Origin: Candidatus Eiseniibacteriota bacterium
Lineage (GTDB): Bacteria; Eisenbacteria; RBG-16-71-46
Assembly (NCBI GenBank): GCA_044223005.1
Contig: JBGAML010000001.1
Location: 464,443 to 528,442 of the forward strand
DNA length: 64,000 nucleotides
Reading direction: 5' to 3'
Shown here: in pieces, positions 54,119 through 64,000 of the stretch
Layout: every line of letters begins with the position of its first letter
Numbering within the stretch: position 1 is the first letter of the stretch
The notes under the pieces: model-generated
Seen by the model: the letters and a program-made list of their open reading frames with translations, nothing else
The model's database searches: none
Told to the model about the DNA's origin: nothing
Translations under genes and position numbers: made by a program

Positions 54119-55591
54119 CTACTTCTGCAGCATCTTGCGCCGCTCGACTTCCTTCTTGAGCACGTCCTTGTTCAGGACCACGAACTCGACGCGGCGGTTC
54201 TTCGCCAGGTTGAGCGCGCTGTTGTTCGGGGCGATCGGCTTGGTCGAGCCGTAGCCCTTGGCGGTCATCTGGTCCGGCGAGATGCCCGGGTACTTGTTCA
54301 GCAGGTAGTCGCGCACCGCGTTGGCGCGGGCCTCGGACAGCGTCTGGTTCTTGGCGGCGCTGCCACGCGAATCCGTGTGACCGCCGACTTCGACCTTCAG
54401 CTGCGGCCACTTCACCAGCACGGGGCCGACCTGGTCGAGGATCGGGAACGACTCGGGCAGCAGGTCCGACTTGCCGGTCTCGAAGTTGACGCCCTGGAGC
54501 CGGATCATGCCGGTGTCGAGCAGCTCCGTCTCCTTCTCGGTCACTTCGATCGGGCAGCCGCTGGCGTCGACCTTCGCGCCCTTGGGCGTGTCCGGGCACT
54601 GATCGAGGCCGTCGTAGACGCCGTCACCGTCCGAGTCCATCGGGCAGCCCTTCGCGTCCACCTTGGCGCCCCTGGGCGTGTTCGGGCACTGGTCGATGCC
54701 GTCGACCACGCCGTCGCCGTCGGAGTCCATCGTGCAGCCCTTGGCGTCGACCTTCGCGCCCTTCGGCGTGTCCGGGCACTGGTCGATGCCGTCGACCACG
54801 CCGTCGCCGTCGGAATCCTTCGGGCAGCCGCTCGCGTCCACGACCGCACCCTTCGGCGTGTCGGGGCACTTGTCGAGGCCGTCGTAGACGCCGTCACCGT
54901 CGGTGTCCATCGGGCAGCCGTTCACGTCGACCTTGGCGCCGGCCGGCGTGTTCGGGCACTTGTCGCGGCTGTCCGGCACACCGTCGCCGTCGGCGTCCTT
55001 CGGCTTGCCGCCCATGCACCACTCGAAGCCGGCCAGGTACTGCTGCTCGGCCTTGTGCGCGCGGCCGTAGTTCTTGTTGGGCAGGTCGATCGCGTTGCGG
55101 AACTCGAGCCGCAGCCCGGCGCGCTCGCTCGCCCACGTCTGCAGGCCGATCGCCTGCTCGAACATCATGTAGTTGAGGCGGTCGAAGCCGCTCGCGGTGC
55201 GGTAGGACCAGCCGCCGCCCACCGCGAGGTAGGGCGTCGCCCAGCGCCAGCGCGCGGGCGAGTACATGAGATTGCCGGAGAAGTCGGTGTAGCCGACCGA
55301 GCGCTCGGTACCGCCGTCTTCCTTGGTCGAGCCGTAGAGGCCGGCGGCCTCGACGCCCCAGTAGTCGTTGAGCTGGTGGCCGAGGCGCGCGCCGAACGCG
55401 GGGCCGTCCTTGAGCGCGTGGCCGGTCGTGGGGGCGCTGTCCGGGAACAGGATGTCGTTGGAGTACTGCACCCAACCGGCGACCGGCGTGATCCAGTTGT
55501 ACTGCCCCTGGGGCTGGGCGCCGACCGCGCGAGCGGCCACGACGAGCGCGGCAGACGCAACGACCAGCGTGAGCAGTGAGCGGATGCGCAT
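54119..55591 (-). CDS. OmpA family protein: beta-barrel, TSP3-like repeats, OmpA_C
   Basis: Signal peptide; DxDGDGVxD..CP repeats; VNFETGKS, GHTDSRG, LSEARA, NRRVEF. Confidence 0.92.
   Translation of the reverse strand: MRIRSLLTLVVASAALVVAARAVGAQPQGQYNWITPVAGWVQYSNDILFPDSAPTTGHALKDGPAFGARLGHQLNDYWGVEAAGLYGSTKEDGGTERSVGYTDFSGNLMYSPARWRWATPYLAVGGGWSYRTASGFDRLNYMMFEQAIGLQTWASERAGLRLEFRNAIDLPNKNYGRAHKAEQQYLAGFEWCMGGKPKDADGDGVPDSRDKCPNTPAGAKVDVNGCPMDTDGDGVYDGLDKCPDTPKGAVVDASGCPKDSDGDGVVDGIDQCPDTPKGAKVDAKGCTMDSDGDGVVDGIDQCPNTPRGAKVDAKGCPMDSDGDGVYDGLDQCPDTPKGAKVDASGCPIEVTEKETELLDTGMIRLQGVNFETGKSDLLPESFPILDQVGPVLVKWPQLKVEVGGHTDSRGSAAKNQTLSEARANAVRDYLLNKYPGISPDQMTAKGYGSTKPIAPNNSALNLAKNRRVEFVVLNKDVLKKEVERRKMLQK
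54551..55000 (-). repeat. 5 x 90-bp coding tandem repeat (TSP3-like Ca-binding)
   Basis: 30-aa unit xDSDGDGVxDGxDQCPDTPKGAKVDAxGCP. Confidence 0.9.
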
Positions 55592-55876
55592 GACAACCTC
55601 CTCCTGAGGGGTCGAGCTTCGGCCACGAGCTGTCCGTGCGGGGGGGGGCCGAGTGGGTTTGCGGCGGAACGGCCGAACGATAGAACCCCCCGTGGGGAAG
55701 CGGCAAGTGATCGGCGCCCTCGCCCGGGAGCGGGTCCCGTCCGACTGAACCCGCCCGGCGACCGTTCGTCGGGCCGGCGCGACCGTCCGCCGGAAGGCCC
55801 TCGCCCGCGCGAGCGTCCTGCGGAATCGTGAGTTCGCGCCGGGCCACGGGGGTCCGGCGGGATTCGGGAGGCGCCG

Positions 55877-56784
55877 ATGGACGTGCTGGTGATCGACGGG
55901 GCCCGGAAGTCGTTCGGGACCACGGAGGCGCTGAGAGGGCTCTCGCTGCGGCTGCGCGCCGGCGAGATGCTGGCCCTGCTCGGGCCCAACGGCGCCGGCA
56001 AGACGACGCTGATCCGCGCGCTGGCCGGGCGCGTGCGGCTGGACGGCGGGACGCTCTCGCTCTTCGGGCGGACGCTGGCGCCGGAGGCCCCGCGGCCGGA
56101 GCTGGGTATCGTGCCGCAGGAGTTGGCGCTCTATCCGCTGCTCACGGCGCGCGAGAACCTCGAGCTGTTCGGTGCGCTGCAGGGCGTGTCGGCCTCGCGG
56201 CTCGCCGAGCGCGTGCGCTGGGCGCTCGAATGGACGGGGCTCGCCGAGCGCACCCGCGAACCGGTCAAGGGCTTCTCGGGCGGCATGAAGCGGCGGCTGA
56301 ACCTCGCCTGCGGCGTGCTGCACGAGCCGAAGGTGGTGCTGCTCGACGAGCCGACCGTGGGCGTCGACCCGCAGAGCCGCGAGAAGATCTACGAGATGCT
56401 CGCTGGCCTGCGCGAGCGCGGCGCCACGATCCTCGTCACGACGCACTACCTGGAGGAAGCCGAGGCGCGCTGCGAGCGCATCGTGGTCATGGACCGCGGC
56501 GCGGCGCTCGCCGAGGGCACGCTCGCCGAGCTGGTCGAGCACGCGGGGCTCGCGGGCCGGCGCGTGCGCATCGCGCTCGACCGGCCGGCGGCCGCGGCGC
56601 CGGAGGGGTTCGCGCTCGAGAACGGCGGCGGCGCGATCGTCGCGAGCATCGCCGACGTGGCGGCGGAGCTGCCGGTGCTGCTCGCCCGCGTGCGCGCGGC
56701 CGGCCACGGCGTGCGCGATCTCGACGTGCGGAGCGCCAGCCTGCAGGCGGTGTTCCTGCAGCTCACCGGAAAGGACCTGCGCGA

Positions 56785-56788
<4 letters not shown>
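55877..56788 (+). CDS. ABC-2 type exporter ATP-binding protein
   Basis: [32 protein letters not shown]. Confidence 0.92.
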
Positions 56789-57972
<1,184 letters not shown>

Positions 57973-58243
57973 CGGCGCCTCGTCCGTCCGCGCGGATCCG
58001 TGTCACGTCGCGGCCGCGGCGCCCGGGCGCCGCGGCCGCGTTTCGTGCGTGCCGGATGGCGCCCGGGCGCGTTTCACCGGACGGGACCTCGCGCGCGTTC
58101 CCGCCCCGCCGGGCGCCCGCGCGCTTTCCCGGGGACGCGGAACGCAATAGCATTCGCGCGAGTGCTTTCCGCGGCGGGCGACGCCCCGCCGCGACCGATC
58201 GCCAACGACCCGCCGCGCGTGCGGCGACTGGAGGAACCTCCGC

Positions 58244-59437
58244 ATGAAGCGCGTCGTCCGATTCGCCCTTCCCGTCCTGCTCGTCTGCACCGCGGCCGCC
58301 GTGGCGCACGGCGGCCTCATGGATCGCGTGAAGGACAAGGTGAAGGAGCGCGTCCAGCAGAAGACCGACCAGACGATCGACCACACGCTCGACGCGGCCG
58401 AGGGCGCGGCGAAGCCGGCCGCGGGCCAGCCGGCGGCCGGGGCGACGGGCGGCGCCACGACGGGCGGTGCGGCCGCGGGCGGCACCGAGGCCGCGGACCA
58501 GAAGAAGCCCGGCGAGGGCGCGTGGGCCAACTACGACTTCAAGCCCGGCTCGCGGATCCTGTTCGCCGACGATTTCACCAAGGACGAGGTGGGCGACTTC
58601 CCGCGCCGGCTCGAGTTCAAGGACGGCGCGATGGAGCTGGTCGAATGGAACGGCGGCCGCTGGCTGCGGCTCGCCAACACGTCCAAGTTCTACGTCCCGC
58701 TGCCCGAGGTGCTGCCCGAGCGCTACACGATGGAGTTCGACTTCTCGGTGCCGGGCGGCGAGATGTGGATCTACCCCGAGCCCGAGCACGAGACGTACAA
58801 GTACCTGATCTTCGCCAACCAGGGCGTGGCCGGCGTGAGTTCCCGCGAGGTCAACGCGCGCTCCAACAACAACGGCGCGCTCATGAACAAGATCTGCCAC
58901 GCCCGCGTGATGGCCGACGGCGCGTACGTGAAGCTCTACATCAACGACACGCGCGTGGTGAACGTGCCCAACTTCTCGGCGGCGCGCGCGAACAAGATCC
59001 TGTTCTGGTGCGACGCGCACCAGGACAACCCGGCGATGTTCGGCAACTTCCGCATCGCCGCGGGCGGCCGCAAGCTGTACGACGCGCTCGCGCAGGACGG
59101 CCACGTCGCGACGCAGGGTATCTACTTCGACACGGGCTCCGACCGCGTGCGGCCCGAGTCCACGCCGACGCTCAAGGAGATCGCGGCGATGCTCACGGAG
59201 CACGCCGAGCTGAAGCTGCGGATCGACGGTCACACGGACAACGTCGGTGCGGCGGCCGCGAACCAGTCGCTTTCCGACCGCCGCGCGGCGGCCGTGCGCC
59301 AGACCCTGATCGATTCGTTCGGCGTCGACGGCGCGCGCCTGACGTCCAAGGGCTGGGGCGCGACCAAGCCGGTCGCCGGCAACGACACGCCCGAAGGCCG
59401 CCAGAACAATCGCCGGGTCGAGCTGGTGAAGATCTAG
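58244..59437 (+). CDS. OmpA family protein (periplasmic, lectin-like middle domain)
   Basis: Signal peptide, YDFKPG..FADDF..VGDFP, IYFDTGS, GHTDNVG, NRRVEL. Confidence 0.88.
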   Translation: MKRVVRFALPVLLVCTAAAVAHGGLMDRVKDKVKERVQQKTDQTIDHTLDAAEGAAKPAAGQPAAGATGGATTGGAAAGGTEAADQKKPGEGAWANYDFKPGSRILFADDFTKDEVGDFPRRLEFKDGAMELVEWNGGRWLRLANTSKFYVPLPEVLPERYTMEFDFSVPGGEMWIYPEPEHETYKYLIFANQGVAGVSSREVNARSNNNGALMNKICHARVMADGAYVKLYINDTRVVNVPNFSAARANKILFWCDAHQDNPAMFGNFRIAAGGRKLYDALAQDGHVATQGIYFDTGSDRVRPESTPTLKEIAAMLTEHAELKLRIDGHTDNVGAAAANQSLSDRRAAAVRQTLIDSFGVDGARLTSKGWGATKPVAGNDTPEGRQNNRRVELVKI

Positions 59438-59458
59438 ACGCTCGCGAAGCGCGCGTGA

Positions 59459-59495
59459 AAACGGCGGCGGGCCCCACGAGAGCCCGCCGCCGTTT
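59459..59495. terminator. bidirectional intrinsic terminator
   Basis: AAACGGCGGCGGGC / GCCCGCCGCCGTTT between convergent genes. Confidence 0.8.
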
Positions 59496-59511
59496 CGCGT
59501 TCCGGAGCCTT

Positions 59512-60258
59512 CTACGCCGCCGTCAGGAGCACCGGGCCGTTCTTCGTGACCACCAGCGTGTGTTCGTAGTGCGCCGACAGCGACCCATCGGCCGTGAGGA
59601 TCGTCCAACCGTCGTCGGACTCGAGGCTCTCGCCGCTGCCCATGGCGATGATGGGCTCGACCGTGATCACGAGGCCGTCGGTCAGCCATTCACGCGCGGT
59701 GGGGTCGTACCAGTTGGGCACCATGGGATCTTCGTGGATCGTGCGCCCGATCCCGTGGCCGGTGAGCGTGCGCACCACAGAGAATCCCTGGCGCTTCACC
59801 TCGCGCTCGACCGCGCCGCCGATGTCGCAGACGCGCTTGCCCGGGCGCACCTCGGCCATCGCCTTGCGGAACGCGGCCTCGGCGCACGCGGCGAGCTTCG
59901 CGGCCTTCGCGTTCGCACGGCCCACGGCACAGGTGATCGCGGCGTCGGCCATGAAGCCGTCCTTCTCCGCGGTCACGTCCAACTTCACCAGGTCGCCGTC
60001 GGCGAGCCGGCGCTTCTTGCTGGGAATGCCGTGCACGATCTCGTCGTTCACGCTGATGCAGGTCTCGCCCGGGAAGCGGTACACGAGCCGCGGTGCGGAG
60101 CGCGCGCCGTGGGCGCGCATCACGTCGCGCGCGATCGCGTCGAGGTCGGCCGTCGTGACACCCGGCGCGACGGCGTCGCGCATGGCATCCAGCGTGGCGC
60201 GCACGACGCGGCCGGCGGCCTGCAGGGCGGTGAGTTCGCTTTCGTCGTCGATGGACAT
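59512..60258 (-). CDS. map: type I methionine aminopeptidase
   Basis: CISVNDEIVHGIP, GHGIG..HEDP, TVEP, SAHYEHT. Confidence 0.95.
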   Translation of the reverse strand: MSIDDESELTALQAAGRVVRATLDAMRDAVAPGVTTADLDAIARDVMRAHGARSAPRLVYRFPGETCISVNDEIVHGIPSKKRRLADGDLVKLDVTAEKDGFMADAAITCAVGRANAKAAKLAACAEAAFRKAMAEVRPGKRVCDIGGAVEREVKRQGFSVVRTLTGHGIGRTIHEDPMVPNWYDPTAREWLTDGLVITVEPIIAMGSGESLESDDGWTILTADGSLSAHYEHTLVVTKNGPVLLTAA

Positions 60259-60516
60259 GGTGCGGGTCTCCGGGGGGTTCCACGCGAAATCTGCCGTGTC
60301 GCCGGAGCGGGCGCAACCCGTTGGCCACCGGCCGGAACCTCCGCCCCCGCGCGAGGTTCGGTCACGGAGAGCATCGGCAGGCCGTAGGCAGGACGAGAGG
60401 CCCCGGGCGGACGGAATCCCGCGCCCGGCCCGGGGCTCTCACGTACCAGAGCCCGGCAGGGTGCCAGGCGAGGCGTGTGCGCGGCCATGCGGCCCGTGTC
60501 TTCCGGAGGCAGGAAC

Positions 60517-60717
60517 ATGAAACCCAACGTGGGCAGCGCGGACCGCATCGTCCGCATCATCGCGGGACTCGCGATCATCGGAGCCGGCGTCTACTACAAG
60601 GCCTGGTGGGGCGTGATCGGCGTCGTGCCGCTCGCGACCGCGGCGTTGAACTTCTGTCCTCTCTACGTGCCCTTCGGACTGAGCACCTGCAAGACCCGGC
60701 CGGCGGCCAAGCACTAG
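60517..60717 (+). CDS. DUF2892 (YgaP-like) small membrane protein
   Basis: NVGSADRIVR..FCPLY.PFGLSTC. Confidence 0.88.
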   Translation: MKPNVGSADRIVRIIAGLAIIGAGVYYKAWWGVIGVVPLATAALNFCPLYVPFGLSTCKTRPAAKH

Positions 60718-60749
60718 GGCCGCATCGGGACGAGCTCCCGGGGTGAATG

Positions 60750-60786
60750 CAAGAAGGCCGGTGCGCGATGCGCACCGGCCTTCTTG
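60750..60786. terminator. bidirectional intrinsic terminator
   Basis: CAAGAAGGCCGGTGCGC / GCGCACCGGCCTTCTTG. Confidence 0.82.
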
Positions 60787-60799
60787 TTTGAAGCCGGGA

Positions 60800-62296
60800 C
60801 TACTTGTTCTGGGTCGAGTCTGCGGGGGTCGACTCGTTCTGCTGCAGCAGGTGCCGCTTCTCGATCTCCTTCTTGAGCACGTCCTTGTTCAGCACCACGA
60901 ACTCCACGCGACGGTTCTTGGCGCGGCCGAGTTCGTCGCGGTTGGACGCGATCGGGCGCGTGAGGCCGTAGCCCTTCACGGTGAACTGTGCGGGCTGGAG
61001 CTGCGGGTACTTGGTCATGACGTACGCACGCACCGACTCGGCGCGGGCCTGCGACAGCTTCATGTTCTTGGCCGCCGAGCCGCGCGAATCCGTGTGTCCG
61101 CCGATCTCGATCTTGAGCTGCGGCCACTTGACCAGCACCGCGCCGACCGCGTCGAGCGTCGGGAAGGACTCGGGCAGGATGTCCGACTTGCCCGTCTCGA
61201 AGTTCACGTTCTCGAGCCGGATCAGGCCGGTATCCAGCAGTTCGGTCTCGCGCTCGGTGACCTCGATCGGGCAGCCCTTCGCGTCGACCTTGAGGCCCTT
61301 GGGCGTGTCCGGGCACTGGTCGATGCCGTCGAAGACACCGTCGCCGTCGGAATCGATCGGGCAACCCTTGTCGTCGATCTTGGCGCCGGCCGGCGTGTTC
61401 GGGCACTGGTCGAGACCGTCGAAGACGCCGTCGCCGTCGGAATCGATCGGGCAGCCCTTCGCGTCGACCTTGGCACCCTTGGGCGTGTCCGGGCACTGGT
61501 CGAGACCGTCGAAGACGCCGTCGCCGTCGGAGTCGATCGGGCAGCCCTTCGCGTCGATCTTCGCGCCCTTGGGCGTGTCGGGGCACTGGTCGAGGCCGTC
61601 GAGGACGCCGTCGCCGTCGGAGTCGTGCGGGCAGCCCGTCGCGTCGACGGTCGCGCCCTTGGGGGTGTCCGGGCACTTGTCGCGCTTGTCCGGCACGCCG
61701 TCGGCGTCCGTGTCGCGCGGGATGCCGCCGAGCGCGAACGTGAGGCCCACGCCGAGCACGACGTTGTGGTAGTTGCCCTGGCCGCCCACGTTCTGCAGCG
61801 GCTTGAACGACACGTCACGCGCCTCGAAGCGCAGGCCGATGTCGTCCGTCATCCAGAACTGCTCGCCGGCGCCGAACTCGATCGTGTTCGTGGTGCGCTT
61901 CTCGCCCGCGGCGGGCTTGAGCTGCGTCCAGCCGAAGCCGGCGAACACGAACGGATTGCCCCAACGCCCGCGCACCGGCGACAGCATCAGGTTGCCGGAG
62001 GCGTGCATCCAGTCGAAGTCGCTGGCGCCGGCCGCCGTGTCGGTCGTCGTCGGCGAGAAGCCGACCGCGCCTTCGAGGCCCAGCCAGGACCGGGTCTGGT
62101 AACCGAGCCGCCCGCCGAGGTGCAGGTTGTCCTGCAGGGCGAGGTTGCTGCCCGGGTAGCGGAGCTTGGCATCGAACAACGTGAAGCCGCCGAACGGCGT
62201 GAACTGCCAGTGGGGGCCGATGGGTTCTGCCAGGGCCGCGCCCGCCTGCAGAAGGGCGGCCAGAGCCAGCGGCACGAACCAGAGACGCGCGCGCAT
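60800..62296 (-). CDS. OmpA family protein: beta-barrel, TSP3-like repeats, OmpA_C (paralog of 54119..55591)
   Basis: Same architecture; ETELLDTGLIRLENVNFETGKS..NRRVEFVVLNKDVLKKE. Confidence 0.92.
   Translation of the reverse strand: MRARLWFVPLALAALLQAGAALAEPIGPHWQFTPFGGFTLFDAKLRYPGSNLALQDNLHLGGRLGYQTRSWLGLEGAVGFSPTTTDTAAGASDFDWMHASGNLMLSPVRGRWGNPFVFAGFGWTQLKPAAGEKRTTNTIEFGAGEQFWMTDDIGLRFEARDVSFKPLQNVGGQGNYHNVVLGVGLTFALGGIPRDTDADGVPDKRDKCPDTPKGATVDATGCPHDSDGDGVLDGLDQCPDTPKGAKIDAKGCPIDSDGDGVFDGLDQCPDTPKGAKVDAKGCPIDSDGDGVFDGLDQCPNTPAGAKIDDKGCPIDSDGDGVFDGIDQCPDTPKGLKVDAKGCPIEVTERETELLDTGLIRLENVNFETGKSDILPESFPTLDAVGAVLVKWPQLKIEIGGHTDSRGSAAKNMKLSQARAESVRAYVMTKYPQLQPAQFTVKGYGLTRPIASNRDELGRAKNRRVEFVVLNKDVLKKEIEKRHLLQQNESTPADSTQNK
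61268..61717 (-). repeat. 5 x 90-bp coding tandem repeat (TSP3-like)
   Basis: 30-aa unit IDSDGDGVFDGLDQCPDTPKGAKVDAKGCP. Confidence 0.9.
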
Positions 62297-62568
62297 AGGT
62301 TCTCCTGTACGAGTCGAAGCGAGAGCCCCGGTCGGCGGAACTCGATGGTTTCGATGAGCCGAAAAAGGCTTGAGCCCGGGAAGGTAAGCGGCCCGGCCCG
62401 GATGGCGCAAGCGCTCGCGAGGGCGTTCCCGGGGGCGCCGGAGGCGAGCTTTGCGGGCTTCTGGCGGCCGGCTGGGGGCATTCCCGGGCGGCCGCGCGGG
62501 GGCCTGCGATGGCGGCGAGTGGCGTTCGGGCGGCGTCGCGGGCCGGGGGCGCCGGCGGGAGCGCGCGA

Positions 62569-63429
62569 TCAGCCGCCCGCGGCGTAGGTCCCCAGCGAGC
62601 GAATGTGCGAGCAGAGGCTCTCGAGCTCCTGCATCGCAGCCGCCATGGCCGCCGGGTCGTCCGGCGCGATGACGTCCACGAGAAAGTCATATTCGAACGC
62701 CCGTCCGCGCACCGGCTGGCTCTCGATGCGAGTGAGGTCGATGCCGCGCGACGCGAACGCGCCCAGGCACCGCCAGAGCGCGCCCGGCTGGTGCGCCGTG
62801 CGGAAGAGCAGCGTCGTCTTGCGCGCCGCATCGCCCGGCGCCGCCGCTTCGCCGCGCCGCGCGAGCAGCAGGAAGCGCGTCGTGTTGGAGGGATCGTCCT
62901 CGAGCTCGCGCAGCAGCACCACGCCACCGTGCAGCGCTGCCGCTCGCTCGGACGCCAGCGCCCCTTCGTCGCCGCGCGCCTCGCGCACCACGCGCGCCAC
63001 CGCCCCCGCCGTGTCGAACTCCGCCACCGGCGTGATCTCCGGATGCGCCGCGAAGAAGCGCTCGCACTGCTGCAGCGCCACCGGATGCGATCGCACGCGC
63101 CTCAGCGCCGCCAGCGTCACGCCCGGGGGCGCCATCAACGCATGCGACACGCGCACGCGCGTCTCGGCCTCGATCTCGACCTCGCGCGTCGCCAGCCCCA
63201 CCGCGACGTCGCGCACCGTGCCCACGAGCGAGTTCTCGATCGGCAGCGCCGCCCGCGCCGCGCGGCCACTCGCCAGGGCGTCGAACGCCTGCGCGAACGT
63301 CTCGCAGGGCAGCAGCGGCGCCGATTCGCCCGCGAACGCGCGCGCCGCCTCCTCGCTGAACGCACCGGGAGCGCCCTGATAGGCGACCGGCCCGATGCGG
63401 GCCGCTTGGGATGCCGTGGGTGCGTTCAT
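62569..63429 (-). CDS. pheA: prephenate dehydratase
   Basis: VAYQGAPGAFSE, LPIENS, SHPVALQQC, NTTRF, ACT domain LTRIESQP. Confidence 0.92.
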   Translation of the reverse strand: MNAPTASQAARIGPVAYQGAPGAFSEEAARAFAGESAPLLPCETFAQAFDALASGRAARAALPIENSLVGTVRDVAVGLATREVEIEAETRVRVSHALMAPPGVTLAALRRVRSHPVALQQCERFFAAHPEITPVAEFDTAGAVARVVREARGDEGALASERAAALHGGVVLLRELEDDPSNTTRFLLLARRGEAAAPGDAARKTTLLFRTAHQPGALWRCLGAFASRGIDLTRIESQPVRGRAFEYDFLVDVIAPDDPAAMAAAMQELESLCSHIRSLGTYAAGG

Positions 63430-63646
63430 GATCGCGAAAGGGTAGCCCGGTGCGGGCCGCGCGAGAAATCGGGAGGGCGGTGGCGCGGCGCCGGCGCGCG
63501 GCGCCGGCGATGCCCCGGCGTCGCACGACGGCGCCGCGCACGACTCGACGCGTGCGTGCGAGCCGTCCGGCGCGAGTCGCGTGCGCGCACGCCTGCCGCG
63601 GGCTCGCGAATCCAGCCGCTCCCGGGCGGCACGAGCCGCCGCGACG

Positions 63647-64000
63647 TCACGACGCCGGCCGCGCCATGCCCGAGCCGGCGTCGCCCGCTCGCGGGACCCC
63701 ACCCCCGCGGCGCTCGCGCTTCGCCTGCATGAACCCCGCGCCGAAGACGCGTTCGGCTTCGTACTGGTTGTGCGCGTGGCACCGGAGCCGCAGGTTGTCG
63801 TCGGTGGTCTTGCCGCCACGGGCTTTGGTGATCACGTGGTCGTACTGCAGGTCCCGGCGCGACTCGCAGCGCACACCGTCCGGGCTCTCGAAGGTGCAGC
63901 GATGGCCATCCCGCTCCGCGACGCGGCGCTTCATGTCGGCGGGAATGTAGTCACCGTTGGCACGGCTGCGGCGCTTGCGAGGCGAGTCGGTCTTCGCGAA
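63647..64000 (-). CDS. HNH endonuclease, C-terminal part (truncated by window edge)
   Basis: YIPADMKRRVAERDGHRC..C..LQYDHV..GG..NLRLRCHAHN; frame open to position 64000. Confidence 0.85.
   Translation of the reverse strand, partial: FAKTDSPRKRRSRANGDYIPADMKRRVAERDGHRCTFESPDGVRCESRRDLQYDHVITKARGGKTTDDNLRLRCHAHNQYEAERVFGAGFMQAKRERRGGGVPRAGDAGSGMARPAS

Noticed and set aside
54551..55000. Regular repeats that could be mistaken for a CRISPR array (also 61268-61717)
   Set aside because: In-frame 90-bp coding repeats without unique spacers; no cas genes in the window
55600..55720. GCAAACC in the OmpA leader suggesting a c-di-GMP-I riboswitch
   Set aside because: Lacks the GNRA tetraloop/receptor and the GCAAAG second stem
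58147..58168. CIRCE-like half sites ATAGCATTC / GAGTGCTTT
   Set aside because: Spacer is 4 nt rather than 9 and it precedes an OmpA gene, not a chaperone
60455..60468. GGCAGGGTGCCAGG resembling RNase P RNA
   Set aside because: No GAGGAAAGTCC upstream and no room for the roughly 350-nt core

Overview
A very GC-rich, core chromosomal segment of a diderm bacterium (many signal-peptide/beta-barrel and OmpA proteins; lineage cannot be fixed from sequence alone) that spans the probable replication origin. Left arm: deoD, a secreted serpin bracketed by a perfect 62-bp direct repeat of the groEL terminator, groES-groEL, a degenerate sigma54-type activator, redox/hydrolase genes, a probable 6S RNA, TetR/ClC, an ABC pair, then the minus-strand rex-gyrA-(OMP)-gyrB-dciA-dnaN-dnaA block. 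The dnaA-dnaN gap carries a B. subtilis-like basal unwinding site (AT-rich tract, DnaA-trios, tandem DnaA boxes), and a second DnaA-box cluster lies upstream of dnaA. Right arm: a complete Pho locus (phoB-phoR-[small DNA-binding ORF with Pho-box-like repeats]-porin-pstSCAB-phoU-phosphodiesterase), nnrS, an XRE regulator, MFS, thiL, ogt, a 143-bp palindromic REP/MITE-like element, three OmpA-family genes (two with 5x30-aa TSP3-like repeats), map, pheA and a truncated HNH nuclease. No rRNA, tRNA, CRISPR array, integrase or transposase was seen. Product calls come from recognising motifs by eye, not from database searches.
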